From a virus, in the IMG/VR virus record IMGVR_UViG_3300038312_000388: DNA of 40,762 nucleotides. One strand, given 5' to 3'. Positions 1 to 8,211 of this stretch are shown here, piece by piece. The stretch's first letter is position 1. Every line of letters begins with the position of its first letter. Under the pieces are notes generated by a model. The model saw nothing but the letters and a program-made list of their open reading frames with translations, was not told where the DNA came from and searched no databases. A program made the position numbers and the translations under genes.

Positions 1-996
1 ATGAGTTACACAGAATACCTTGAATCACAAAACGTTTCCCCAACCTACATTCAAAAAACCATGGTTTCAATTAGGACATTCTACCGAGAATTTGAAATCG
101 AACTTCCACACCCGGTGCCAATTCGAAATGATGAACAAATATTGATCACAACAGACAACATGATCAACAAGGACCATATCAGAAAAGCAGTGAGCTTCGC
201 AAACAAAAAGTACCAGGCAATTATCTTGTTAGGAAGTTCAAGTGGTATGGGTGCTGCTGAAATGATAAACCTCACATTTGGAGACTTTTTAAAAGCGTTA
301 GAAATCAGCGAAAAACGGTTGCCTGATATGGGGGAACTTACACAAGTATTGGAGAAACGATCAGAATATGGCCTGATCCCAACTTGGAGGATCAAAAGGT
401 ACAAAACTGGAATGCCTTACTTCACATTTTCAAGTCCTGAAAGTACACGTGCAATTATGAATTGGCTCCAGGAATCTGATTATTATGGCCGTTACCCAAC
501 AAATCCAAAAGACTGGCTTTTTTATAATTATCGCTCCAAAGAGATACATAAAATAGACAACCGGATATTAGGTGTAAGTTTCGGTCGACTCAATGATAAG
601 TGTGGCTTTGGCCATCAAGGTCGTTTAAGATTCTTCAGATCCCACAACCTCAGAAAATTCTTCGCGACAACTCTTCAAAAGAATGGTGTGCAGCAGATAA
701 TCACGGATTGGCTTCTTGGACACAAATTAAATCCTGTGACGGGGGCATATTTCAAACCAGATATTCAAGCTGTGAAACAGGAGTATATGAAGGCGTTACC
801 TGATTTGTCATTAAGAGAAACAAATGTTAAAACAATTCATAGCAAAGAATATGAAGAATTAGTCAAACAGAGAGAAGATGAACAGAGGCAGTATCAGGAC
901 CAATTAGCTGAATTAAAAGAACAACAAAAGAAATTAGATGATAAGATTAAGATGATTGACCGGATTGAGGAGAAGTTGAATAATAAGTTGGGTTGA
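1..996 (+). CDS. int: Tyrosine recombinase/integrase (N-terminus may lie upstream of the window), C-terminal coiled coil
   Basis: H215-N-L-R218, LLGH241 and catalytic Y250 motifs. Box I reads SSGMGAAE, with Gly where the first catalytic Arg is expected. Confidence 0.9.
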   Translation: MSYTEYLESQNVSPTYIQKTMVSIRTFYREFEIELPHPVPIRNDEQILITTDNMINKDHIRKAVSFANKKYQAIILLGSSSGMGAAEMINLTFGDFLKALEISEKRLPDMGELTQVLEKRSEYGLIPTWRIKRYKTGMPYFTFSSPESTRAIMNWLQESDYYGRYPTNPKDWLFYNYRSKEIHKIDNRILGVSFGRLNDKCGFGHQGRLRFFRSHNLRKFFATTLQKNGVQQIITDWLLGHKLNPVTGAYFKPDIQAVKQEYMKALPDLSLRETNVKTIHSKEYEELVKQREDEQRQYQDQLAELKEQQKKLDDKIKMIDRIEEKLNNKLG

Positions 997-1045
997 TGGA
1001 GGGATGGTGACGGAGTTTGGTTTCGGTTTTTTTCCCTCCATCAAC
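992..1045 (+). terminator. 13-bp perfect inverted repeat at the integrase 3' end (hairpin/terminator-like)
   Basis: gttgatggaggga (992-1004) / tccctccatcaac (1033-1045). Confidence 0.55.
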
Positions 1046-1112
1046 TAGTATAGTAAATGTTTTCTTTGTTTAAATAGATATATCAGAAAAAGTGAGATTT
1101 CTTTTCTAGTTG

Positions 1113-1153
1113 AGGAGGATCCTGGGTAGACTAGAGATATGAGGGATCCTCCT
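1113..1153. repeat. 10-bp perfect inverted repeat
   Basis: aggaggatcc (1113-1122) / ggatcctcct (1144-1153). Confidence 0.55.
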
Positions 1154-1295
1154 TTATTTTTCACCAAAGTTCGAGGAAAACTTGGTCCACTACATGATAT
1201 GTAATATTTGGAATATAAATGTTATTATTATAAATAGTTGTAATATTTAAATAAGTATTACCACAAGTGAATAAAAAACTACAGAGGAAGAAAAC

Positions 1296-1706
1296 ATGAT
1301 GAGAATCAGTATGTCACTACCAAAAAAACTTTTAGATGAATTTGACGAAGTCTTAAAGGACCGAGGATACCAAGCACGATCAAAAGGTATACGAGATGCA
1401 CTTAAAGATTATATTGTCCGCTACCAATGGATGAATGAAATGGAAGGAGAAAGAGTTGGACTCATAAACGTCATCTACAATTACCACTACACCGGAATCA
1501 TGGAAGACCTGACCGACCTACAACATGAATACGCAAATTATATCAATTCCACAATGCGCCTTCCAATGACAGAAAAATACGTCATGGACGTAATAGTAGT
1601 TAAAGGAAATATAAAATTTATTCGAGCTTTAACAGAGAAGATCATGCGCCTCAGGGGAATAGAACACGTCAAACTCACCAGCCTAACCGCCAACAAAAAA
1701 CCGTGA
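1296..1706 (+). CDS. nikR: NikR-family regulator, copy 1, lacking three canonical Ni ligands
   Basis: N-terminal RHH (MRISMSLPKKLLDEFD...RSKGIRDAL) plus NikR C-terminal domain ending EHVKLTS. The HxH...C Ni site reads RLP...V. RBS gagga upstream. Confidence 0.92.
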   Translation: MMRISMSLPKKLLDEFDEVLKDRGYQARSKGIRDALKDYIVRYQWMNEMEGERVGLINVIYNYHYTGIMEDLTDLQHEYANYINSTMRLPMTEKYVMDVIVVKGNIKFIRALTEKIMRLRGIEHVKLTSLTANKKP

Positions 1707-1984
1707 AAAAACTTTTTTTTAACTTATTTAACCCTAATTTTTCTTTTAAAACGAGCTGATAAGGATCTCTCAAGATCCACACCAATTTAAACCTTATTAT
1801 TTATAAGTTTAAATTTTTGTTAACCCCTAATTACAGGGACAAGATAAAAAGATAGACAAAAAATTAAGATGGTAGGCAAGCTTGAAGGGAGACTAAAAGA
1901 AAAATATGTCAAACTATAGAATTTAAGGACTTTAACCCAAACAGATATTAATTAGAATTACTAATTTCCTATTGGGGTTCATAG

Positions 1985-3016
1985 ATGGTGGAAGAAGACG
2001 ATAACAACAAGGTTTCAACTACAATTAAGCTTAATTTCAGGTGTATTTATGAAGTTAATTTTAATCATGAGGATACTAAGGCTTTAAAAAACATAACAAA
2101 TGAATTTAATAATCTACCTAAATTTAAAGAAGACACTTTAGGAAACAGTAACGAAGGATTTATGGATTTTACAGATGATTTTAAAATAGAACCATTTATA
2201 GTTAGGCCTTGTGTAGACCCCAAAGACTCTTCAGAAACAACTAAATTGAGATATGAAAAAAAAATTTCCAATAAAGATATTTTATCTAAAAGATTTAGAT
2301 ATGCGACTTATACTGAAGGGAGAAATGAACCTAACTATGTAGAAGCAGATATTTTTTGGATTAAACCCTGTGATGTCTTATTAATTAAGGGTGGTAAATC
2401 TGCATGCGATAAAATTACAGATTATTTAATTAGATTTAATAATGTTGGCTTTACTGAAATCAAATTTGATCATGATTTTTTATTATGGATCCTCTATAGA
2501 TATGATCAGTATAATGGAGTTATGAGCAGTAGTACAACTGCAGATATAATAATTGAGAAAATTGATAAAGGGAGAACTCACGGCGAAGACACAAACGAAA
2601 ATGATATAGAATTTAAAGATGGACAATCTCGATTAATGCCATTTACAACATTATATGGATTATTAATAAACCATGAAATATTACACATTGGTGGGGACTT
2701 TCAATTTAGGAAAAAGGACCACAAAATTAATGCTAAATTAGCTAAAGATATTACTATGCACATATATGCAGATCATGTACTTAAAGGCAAATCTTATGGT
2801 GAAAAATGTGCTTTAGCCTTCCCTTTCATAATAGAAATGATGGAAATTTTTGAAAACTGGACAAAAATGCCTGCAAAAAGTAAGTATCCTGATGATAAAT
2901 TCTTCGATTCAGCGAAAGAATCATTTGAAACACAAATGCATTACTCTTTAGAAGGAATTAAAGAATTAAAGAAAAAATATAAAAAATTAAGGAAAGGGTG
3001 TTCGCATGGATCATAG
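1985..3016 (+). CDS. Hypothetical 343-aa protein, gene 1 of an AT-rich cargo operon (candidate defence)
   Basis: Long ORF; overlaps the next ORF by 11 nt; no recognised family. Confidence 0.8.
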   Translation: MVEEDDNNKVSTTIKLNFRCIYEVNFNHEDTKALKNITNEFNNLPKFKEDTLGNSNEGFMDFTDDFKIEPFIVRPCVDPKDSSETTKLRYEKKISNKDILSKRFRYATYTEGRNEPNYVEADIFWIKPCDVLLIKGGKSACDKITDYLIRFNNVGFTEIKFDHDFLLWILYRYDQYNGVMSSSTTADIIIEKIDKGRTHGEDTNENDIEFKDGQSRLMPFTTLYGLLINHEILHIGGDFQFRKKDHKINAKLAKDITMHIYADHVLKGKSYGEKCALAFPFIIEMMEIFENWTKMPAKSKYPDDKFFDSAKESFETQMHYSLEGIKELKKKYKKLRKGCSHGS

Positions 3017-3638
3017 GTTCTTTTATGTGTACGAAGTAAAAGGAAACATTAACGAATTAGACCAAGTGAATGAAAATCCTATGGAAATCGACGAAACGAA
3101 ATTTAAATTAAATTTAGACAAACGTGAAAAAATTAAATCAATAATCCCAAACTATTGTTTCTATGATCAAGAAGAAATTAAAGGCAAAATTGAAATTAAA
3201 AATGACATCCAAAGGTTAGTTCCTTTTAAAATACGATCACAATCAAAATTATTATTCATTGAAACTCCTTTTCAAAGGGAAAAATTAAAAATTATTAATT
3301 TTTTAGATCGTATATTTGAAAATTTAGAATTAGAAACATTTGTACCAACAAATAGAGCAGAAGTAAATTTTATATGCCATACAGCAAATTTTACCTCCTT
3401 TAAAGTATTTATTGATAATGAAATCGTTCGTAGCAATGAAACTGACAAAGATTTATGCGAGGGATTAATGAAAGATATGGAATTAATAGAAGTTACATTA
3501 AACATGGATATCAATAATGAAAACGTTACATTTTATTATTATGGGAATGCCATTCAATTTCCATCTTATGAACAAGACAAAGACATAGAAGGAGTTATTC
3601 AAGTATTTGAAAATACGATGATGACCCCTTCTAAATAG
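3006..3638 (+). CDS. Hypothetical 210-aa protein, gene 2 of the cargo operon
   Basis: Translationally coupled to both neighbours; N-terminal FFYVYEV resembles FRCIYEV of gene 1. Confidence 0.8.
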   Translation: MDHRFFYVYEVKGNINELDQVNENPMEIDETKFKLNLDKREKIKSIIPNYCFYDQEEIKGKIEIKNDIQRLVPFKIRSQSKLLFIETPFQREKLKIINFLDRIFENLELETFVPTNRAEVNFICHTANFTSFKVFIDNEIVRSNETDKDLCEGLMKDMELIEVTLNMDINNENVTFYYYGNAIQFPSYEQDKDIEGVIQVFENTMMTPSK

Positions 3639-3644
3639 ATTATC

Positions 3645-4313
3645 ATGTTACCCCCTAAAATCAAAACAATCACTGAATTATCATTAAAACCCCATAAGAC
3701 ATGGTTGCCTGTTTTTATTGGAGCTTGGATTGGAATTATTCCTAACCTTCCCAAATATTCTCCTCTTGAAGCTTTTCTTACACCTCTATGGTATGTTACT
3801 ATTCTCTTAATTTTACCATTCATTGCTATTTTAATTTACATACCCTTATTCTACTGGAAAATTTTCAAAAAGGTAACCATAATAAACAAAAAATATTTTG
3901 TTGATCTTATGGGAACTAATAATTTCATTGAGTTCCCTGAACTAATATTAAATGAAGATTTTGTCTCTAGATTTTCTTTTAAATTAAAATTTTATGGGGA
4001 CATATCTTCTAAACGATTAGTATTGCTTATTAAAAAAGCGCCAACGGTCAATATTTACCTCAAACAACACAATGAAAAACTAAACCAAGAATCAGAAAAC
4101 ATTACTAAGGACTTGTTTTACATAAAACAAGACTACGAACTTTTTAGTAGTTCTTTAAGTTACTCTATTTATATAGAAACTGCAAAAGCCGAAGATACAA
4201 CTAGATTAGAGATGTATCTAGAAGATGAAGAGTTCTTAAATAAAATAAGAATTAATCCCAATTTAAAACCCAAAAATTTAATTCATAGTGAAAACTTTTA
4301 CTTATCAAAGTAA
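3645..4313 (+). CDS. 2-TM membrane protein with soluble C-terminal domain, gene 3 of the cargo operon
   Basis: Two N-terminal hydrophobic segments (WLPVFIGAWIGII; LWYVTILLILPFIAILIYIPLFYW); 6 nt after gene 2. Confidence 0.8.
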   Translation: MLPPKIKTITELSLKPHKTWLPVFIGAWIGIIPNLPKYSPLEAFLTPLWYVTILLILPFIAILIYIPLFYWKIFKKVTIINKKYFVDLMGTNNFIEFPELILNEDFVSRFSFKLKFYGDISSKRLVLLIKKAPTVNIYLKQHNEKLNQESENITKDLFYIKQDYELFSSSLSYSIYIETAKAEDTTRLEMYLEDEEFLNKIRINPNLKPKNLIHSENFYLSK

Positions 4314-4504
4314 ATTTAAATAAATTTTAGGATTAAAAAAAGTTACTCTAAATCCTCTTTTTCCATACTACGATTAATAATGGACACATTTTAAATTGAG
4401 GTGTGTACATTCCTTAATTACTTCTCAAATGCACTAACTCTTTTTTTAAGCATATTAAAATACGATTAAACAGTGTCAAACAACATTTTACAGATAAGAA
4501 TAAG

Positions 4505-4544
4505 TGAAGACCGGGTCCAACGACCAAATCTTCCCCGGCCTTCA
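4505..4544. repeat. GC-rich hairpin with 11-bp arms (1 mismatch)
   Basis: tgaagaccggg (4505-4515) / cccggccttca (4534-4544), loop contains cgaccaaa. Confidence 0.5.
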
Positions 4545-4672
4545 TGACAACACCCAGGAGGCGCTGCCATGAATAATTGTGTTAGTGATAACTATAAACT
4601 TTTTGATCAAGAACAAAACGAAAATTTAAAATTAGAAAAAAGGGGTTGTTCATTAAGAACTCCTCATATATA

Positions 4673-4900
4673 TCATTTCTTAGATTTTTTGAGTTCTTCG
4701 TACCTGCGGAGGTATATATCTTCATTAGCTTCAATGAAGAGTTTTACAGCTTCTTTCCATGCAGAGTTCATGGGATCTTTATCAAATTTAATTTGTGCTA
4801 TTTCTTTCATGACTTTCAGGTCATCTTTAAAAACAGTTGCAGCGGTCCTTGTTTCGTTTGATACATCAACACTTTTTGTTTCCTTTGCCATAGATTCCAC
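4673..4900 (-). CDS. Putative ribbon-helix-helix repressor
   Basis: Strong RBS aaggaggtg before the GTG start; strand-helix-helix pattern (TRTAATVF-KDDLKVMKEIA-NSAWKEAVKLFIE); divergent from the early operon. Confidence 0.65.
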   Translation of the reverse strand: MESMAKETKSVDVSNETRTAATVFKDDLKVMKEIAQIKFDKDPMNSAWKEAVKLFIEANEDIYLRRYEELKKSKK

Positions 4901-4990
4901 CTTAACACCTCCTTTATCTGAATGTGTATTTATCTATTTCTTATACAATATACATTTTTTGTATTTAACTCTTTTTGTTCTAAAAAAATA

Positions 4991-5071
4991 TTTTGTACAA
5001 AATGTACAAACATTTAAATAGTAGTATGTTCACAGTACTAAATAACAATTTGTACAAAATGTACAAAATGT
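4991..5071. promoter_or_regulatory. Divergent promoter/operator region (lysis-lysogeny switch candidate)
   Basis: 19-bp direct repeat tttgtacaaaatgtacaaa at 4992-5010 and 5049-5067, containing the palindrome TTTGTACAAA, flanking TATA-like TTTAAATA (5013-5020). Confidence 0.7.
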
Positions 5072-5234
5072 GAAGGGGGCTTATTTTTTTTCCAATCCCT
5101 TCCAAATGGCTCTCATTGCGAGTAAGCCTGGCGGGTCTGGCAACACCATAACAGTAAGCTATGAGATTTTTTGCTTTGATTTTCCTCGAAGTTGACAACA
5201 AAATAAATATTTTTCATTCTTTTAATTTTTCAAA

Positions 5235-5281
5235 TTTTTTGGAGTCTCTATTGGCTCAAGGAAGAAAAATTAGGAGGTGAA
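5235..5281 (+). repeat. 47-bp direct repeat, copy 1 (5' of the HNH gene)
   Basis: ttttttggagtctctattggctcaaggaagaaaaattaggaggtgaa; 4 mismatches to the copy at 5790-5836; includes the RBS. Confidence 0.85.
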
Positions 5282-5284
5282 CGT

Positions 5285-5782
5285 TTGGTAAAAGAAATAT
5301 CTTTAACGCAAGGACAAGTCGCTTTAGTTGATGATGAAGATTATAATTACTTGAATCAATGGAAATGGGAAGCACGACATAGTCGAAGTAAAAGCAATTA
5401 TTATGCTGCACGGAAAAAGTATTTGGGAAAAATAAACGGAAAATATAGATTCGTAACAGTTAGAATGCACAGATTACTCATGAATGCTCCTAAAAACAAG
5501 CAAGTAGACCATATAAACCATAACACATTGGATAATAGGAAATGCAACCTTCGAATCGTGTCGCCCAGACAAAATATGCAAAATAGGGAGGTTAAATCCG
5601 CTTCAAGATATCCTGGAGTTTATTGGGAAAGATCACACAACCGATGGAGAGCACGTATTGTCATAGATGGTAAACCAAAACATTTGGGCTATTTTAAAGA
5701 TGAATGTGAGGCAGCCAAAGCCTATGAAAGGGCTTGTAGGTCTTTAGGTGAAGAACTTGTTTGTAAAATGGAATCTAAATAA
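5285..5782 (+). CDS. HNH homing endonuclease with C-terminal AP2 DNA-binding domain
   Basis: VRMHRLLM..VDHINHNTLDNRKCNLR (HNH) and YPGVYW...WRARI...HLGYF...EAAKAY (AP2). Confidence 0.92.
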   Translation: MVKEISLTQGQVALVDDEDYNYLNQWKWEARHSRSKSNYYAARKKYLGKINGKYRFVTVRMHRLLMNAPKNKQVDHINHNTLDNRKCNLRIVSPRQNMQNREVKSASRYPGVYWERSHNRWRARIVIDGKPKHLGYFKDECEAAKAYERACRSLGEELVCKMESK

Positions 5783-5789
5783 ATTTTAT

Positions 5790-5836
5790 TTTTTTGGAGT
5801 CTCTATTGGCTCAAAGAAGAGAAATTGAGAGGTGAA
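5790..5836 (+). repeat. 47-bp direct repeat, copy 2 (3' of the HNH gene)
   Basis: ttttttggagtctctattggctcaaagaagagaaattgagaggtgaa. Confidence 0.85.
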
Positions 5837-5839
5837 AAC

Positions 5840-5950
5840 ATGGATAAAAAGGAATGGTGGATTAGAGAAGTAGAAAGAGCAAAAAATATTGGAACACCTG
5901 AGGAAGTTGAGGAAGCCAAAAAAGGATTGAGAGAATGTGAAAGTCTGTGA
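5840..5950 (+). CDS. Small 36-aa hypothetical protein (not in the ORF track)
   Basis: RBS gaggtga; MDKKEWWIREVERAKNIGTPEEVEEAKKGLRECESL. Confidence 0.65.
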   Translation: MDKKEWWIREVERAKNIGTPEEVEEAKKGLRECESL

Positions 5951-5961
5951 GGTGAGTAAAC

Positions 5962-6708
5962 TTGAATGAATTAATGAAATTTGAGTTTAAAAACAATCAA
6001 AAATTAGAATGTGTTGAATTAGATGGAGAACCATTGTTTAATCCATTTAGTGTAGGAAGATGCCTTGAAATAGTAGATGGGAGTGTTAAAAACACATTAA
6101 CACACATGGACTCTGAAGACATCATAGATTTAAAATCTGATGTTGTAAATAACCGCGTCACGTTGAACGTGACGGAAGATTCTCCGAGGTTTTGGCTTCG
6201 TGAATCTGGTTTATATCTGTTTATTTTTAAATCAAGGAAAAAAGAAGCTAAAGCTTTCAAGAAATGGGTTGCTCGTGAAGTTCTCCCATCTATTCGAAGG
6301 ACTGGAGAATACAGTTTGAGTAAATCTGATTCTTTGGATCTTAGTTCTTCCTTGGATACTTTGCAGAAGCTTAATGTTGTAGAACCTCATGAGATTGCAG
6401 TTTCTAGTAATCAGTCTTACAGGGCCAAGCTTGCGAATCTGATTAATGATATTGCAAAGAGGAATCATAAAGGGCCACAGGTGCTTTATGAGGAATTATA
6501 TCATGTTTTTGCGGCCAAATCTGGAGTCTATATTCCAGAACAGGCTGAACAACTTGGTTTACGTCCTAATCAATATCTTAAAAAACATGAAGTACTTTCA
6601 ATGAATCTCTTTGATTTCGCCAGGAACTACTTTTATCATGGCAAAATGATTGTAGAACTCATAAATTTGGACCCTGCACAGAAGACTTTGGGAGAGTTCA
6701 AGGCATGA
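5962..6708 (+). CDS. Bro-N domain protein (antirepressor-like)
   Basis: ESGLYLFIFKSRKKEAKAFKKWVAREVLPSIRRTGEY is the Bro-N signature. Confidence 0.9.
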   Translation: MNELMKFEFKNNQKLECVELDGEPLFNPFSVGRCLEIVDGSVKNTLTHMDSEDIIDLKSDVVNNRVTLNVTEDSPRFWLRESGLYLFIFKSRKKEAKAFKKWVAREVLPSIRRTGEYSLSKSDSLDLSSSLDTLQKLNVVEPHEIAVSSNQSYRAKLANLINDIAKRNHKGPQVLYEELYHVFAAKSGVYIPEQAEQLGLRPNQYLKKHEVLSMNLFDFARNYFYHGKMIVELINLDPAQKTLGEFKA

Positions 6709-6770
6709 TTGGCCGTGAGTTTAAAATTATTTTTTAATTTTTTAATTCTTTTTTGGAGGTTTGATAGTTC

Positions 6771-6959
6771 ATGGATTGTTGTAAAATTTGTGGTGGTAAA
6801 GCGGATTATCGGGCGGTTGATAAGACTTTTAAGTTGTTGGCTCCTTTTTTGTGTAAGTCTTGTTTAAAGGATGTTTCTGTTCCGGGTAGTGAAGAGTTCT
6901 ATGAGAGGATACAGGGACAGGTGGAAGATAAAGGGAAAGAAGTTGTGGAGGCTAAATGA
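6771..6959 (+). CDS. Small Zn-finger protein
   Basis: CKICGG...LCKSC; RBS ggaggt. Confidence 0.7.
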   Translation: MDCCKICGGKADYRAVDKTFKLLAPFLCKSCLKDVSVPGSEEFYERIQGQVEDKGKEVVEAK

Positions 6960-7267
6960 TGGTACTTGCGTTTGAAAAACTTGGAAAGGAAATTGAAGGG
7001 GATTGTGGAACTATTTGCATGAAATATCGTGAACGTCATGGAATAAAGAGTGCACCGTTACACTGCAAGGATGAAGTTTGTTATGGTAAATGTCCATTCA
7101 CAGCTCCTTTGAATGTTGCTGGGGCTAAGCCTAGTTGGATTCTTTTAGAGGAATCTGAGTATATGAATCTTGTTTGTAAAGCTTCGCTTTATGATGAGAT
7201 GCAGGGCAGGCACAATCAGCCACATGGTGAACAGTTTAATGTTGTGAAGCTCCAGGAGGCTGTTTAG
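6956..7267 (+). CDS. Hypothetical Cys-containing protein
   Basis: Coupled to the upstream ORF (ATGA overlap). Confidence 0.65.
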   Translation: MMVLAFEKLGKEIEGDCGTICMKYRERHGIKSAPLHCKDEVCYGKCPFTAPLNVAGAKPSWILLEESEYMNLVCKASLYDEMQGRHNQPHGEQFNVVKLQEAV

Positions 7268-7268
7268 G

Positions 7269-7460
7269 ATGGAGAAGGTTGAGGTTATGCGTAAGAAGTC
7301 TGGTGAGATTTTGAAGGGTTTTGATGGTTGGGGTTATGGTGGAATCCTTATAACCCTCATTTTTGCTTTGATTGGGGCTATTGAGTCTTCAAAGAATCCT
7401 AAAGGCACTTATAAGTTTGTTTTAAACTTTTTAGATAAATCTGCAAAAGGGGGAAAATAG
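7269..7460 (+). CDS. Small membrane protein
   Basis: One hydrophobic segment GILITLIFALIGAI; operonic spacing. Confidence 0.6.
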   Translation: MEKVEVMRKKSGEILKGFDGWGYGGILITLIFALIGAIESSKNPKGTYKFVLNFLDKSAKGGK

Positions 7461-7462
7461 AG

Positions 7463-7699
7463 ATGGATAAGATCTTCGCGGTTGTAACCTGCCTCGGCAG
7501 CAGCATATTAGAACCAGACGTTCATGTTTTAGAATTGTTTGAGACACTTGAGGAAGCCGAAAAATACCAGGAAGGAATGAAGGACTGGAATATCCTCACA
7601 ATAGACCCGAATATGGTTTGGGGAGAAGGAAAGTATCCCTTTGAAAAGGTAGCAAAATTCAAAGAGGGTGCGGGGGTTGTTAAAGTTGAAGACGATTAA
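7463..7699 (+). CDS. Hypothetical protein
   Basis: Operonic spacing, RBS ggggg. Confidence 0.65.
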   Translation: MDKIFAVVTCLGSSILEPDVHVLELFETLEEAEKYQEGMKDWNILTIDPNMVWGEGKYPFEKVAKFKEGAGVVKVEDD

Positions 7700-8003
7700 A
7701 TTTGCGGAGGATTTCTCAAAGCTTGATAAGGAATATTTTACTTCAATCCGAAAGCCATCAAAGAACCTGAAATCTGGGAATGTCTATGAGATTAAGACAC
7801 CGACAAGGGAATTTAAAGCAGCTCTTGTAACACAGTCCAAGGTTCGGCTCTGTGAAATTCCAGAGAAAACCTTACTCCAGGATACATGTACCCAGAGTAG
7901 GATCCAGGCTGTAAATAAGTTGTGTGAATTTTATCCAAAATTAACAGAAGCCAGCCCCGTGAGATTGCTTTGGTTTAAACATGTTACAGAGGAGGCTGCT
8001 TAA
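7668..8003 (+). CDS. ASCH/PUA-like domain protein (alternative start TTG 7686)
   Basis: IKF..DFSKL...FTSIRK....GNVYEI pattern and final L.EFYP...V.LLWF are typical of ASCH-like proteins. Confidence 0.6.
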   Translation: MRGLLKLKTIKFAEDFSKLDKEYFTSIRKPSKNLKSGNVYEIKTPTREFKAALVTQSKVRLCEIPEKTLLQDTCTQSRIQAVNKLCEFYPKLTEASPVRLLWFKHVTEEAA

Positions 8004-8004
8004 A

Positions 8005-8211
8005 ATGGAGAAGTTTAAATCTTTCAATTTTGAGGATTTACGGCCACCAGAAGGCCTTCTTGTAAGGATCCAGAAAGTCAAATGTTCACCTGGAGATCTG
8101 GGTGGACTGCCATTTTTTGACCGGAACAGGCCCATTTGTGCTGGTGATAGAGTTCTTGTTAGAACTTCTTTTAATTGTTTTTATGAAGCCTGTTTTTTGA
8201 AAGGAGTGTGA
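8005..8211 (+). CDS. Hypothetical protein
   Basis: ATG 8005 after ggagg, in frame with the track ORF 7981-8211. Confidence 0.55.
   Translation: MEKFKSFNFEDLRPPEGLLVRIQKVKCSPGDLGGLPFFDRNRPICAGDRVLVRTSFNCFYEACFLKGV

Noticed and set aside
1-1300. Attachment site (attL/attR)
   Set aside because: No tRNA 3' fragment or terminal direct repeat was identifiable; the boundaries probably lie outside the window.
4569-5021. 150-aa plus-strand ORF with an upstream RBS
   Set aside because: It overlaps the better-supported reverse-strand RHH gene and runs through the operator region, with low-complexity antisense-like composition. Not called as a CDS.
4980-5201. 73-aa reverse-strand ORF
   Set aside because: It crosses the promoter/operator repeats, has no RBS, and its hydrophobic tail comes from AT-rich DNA.
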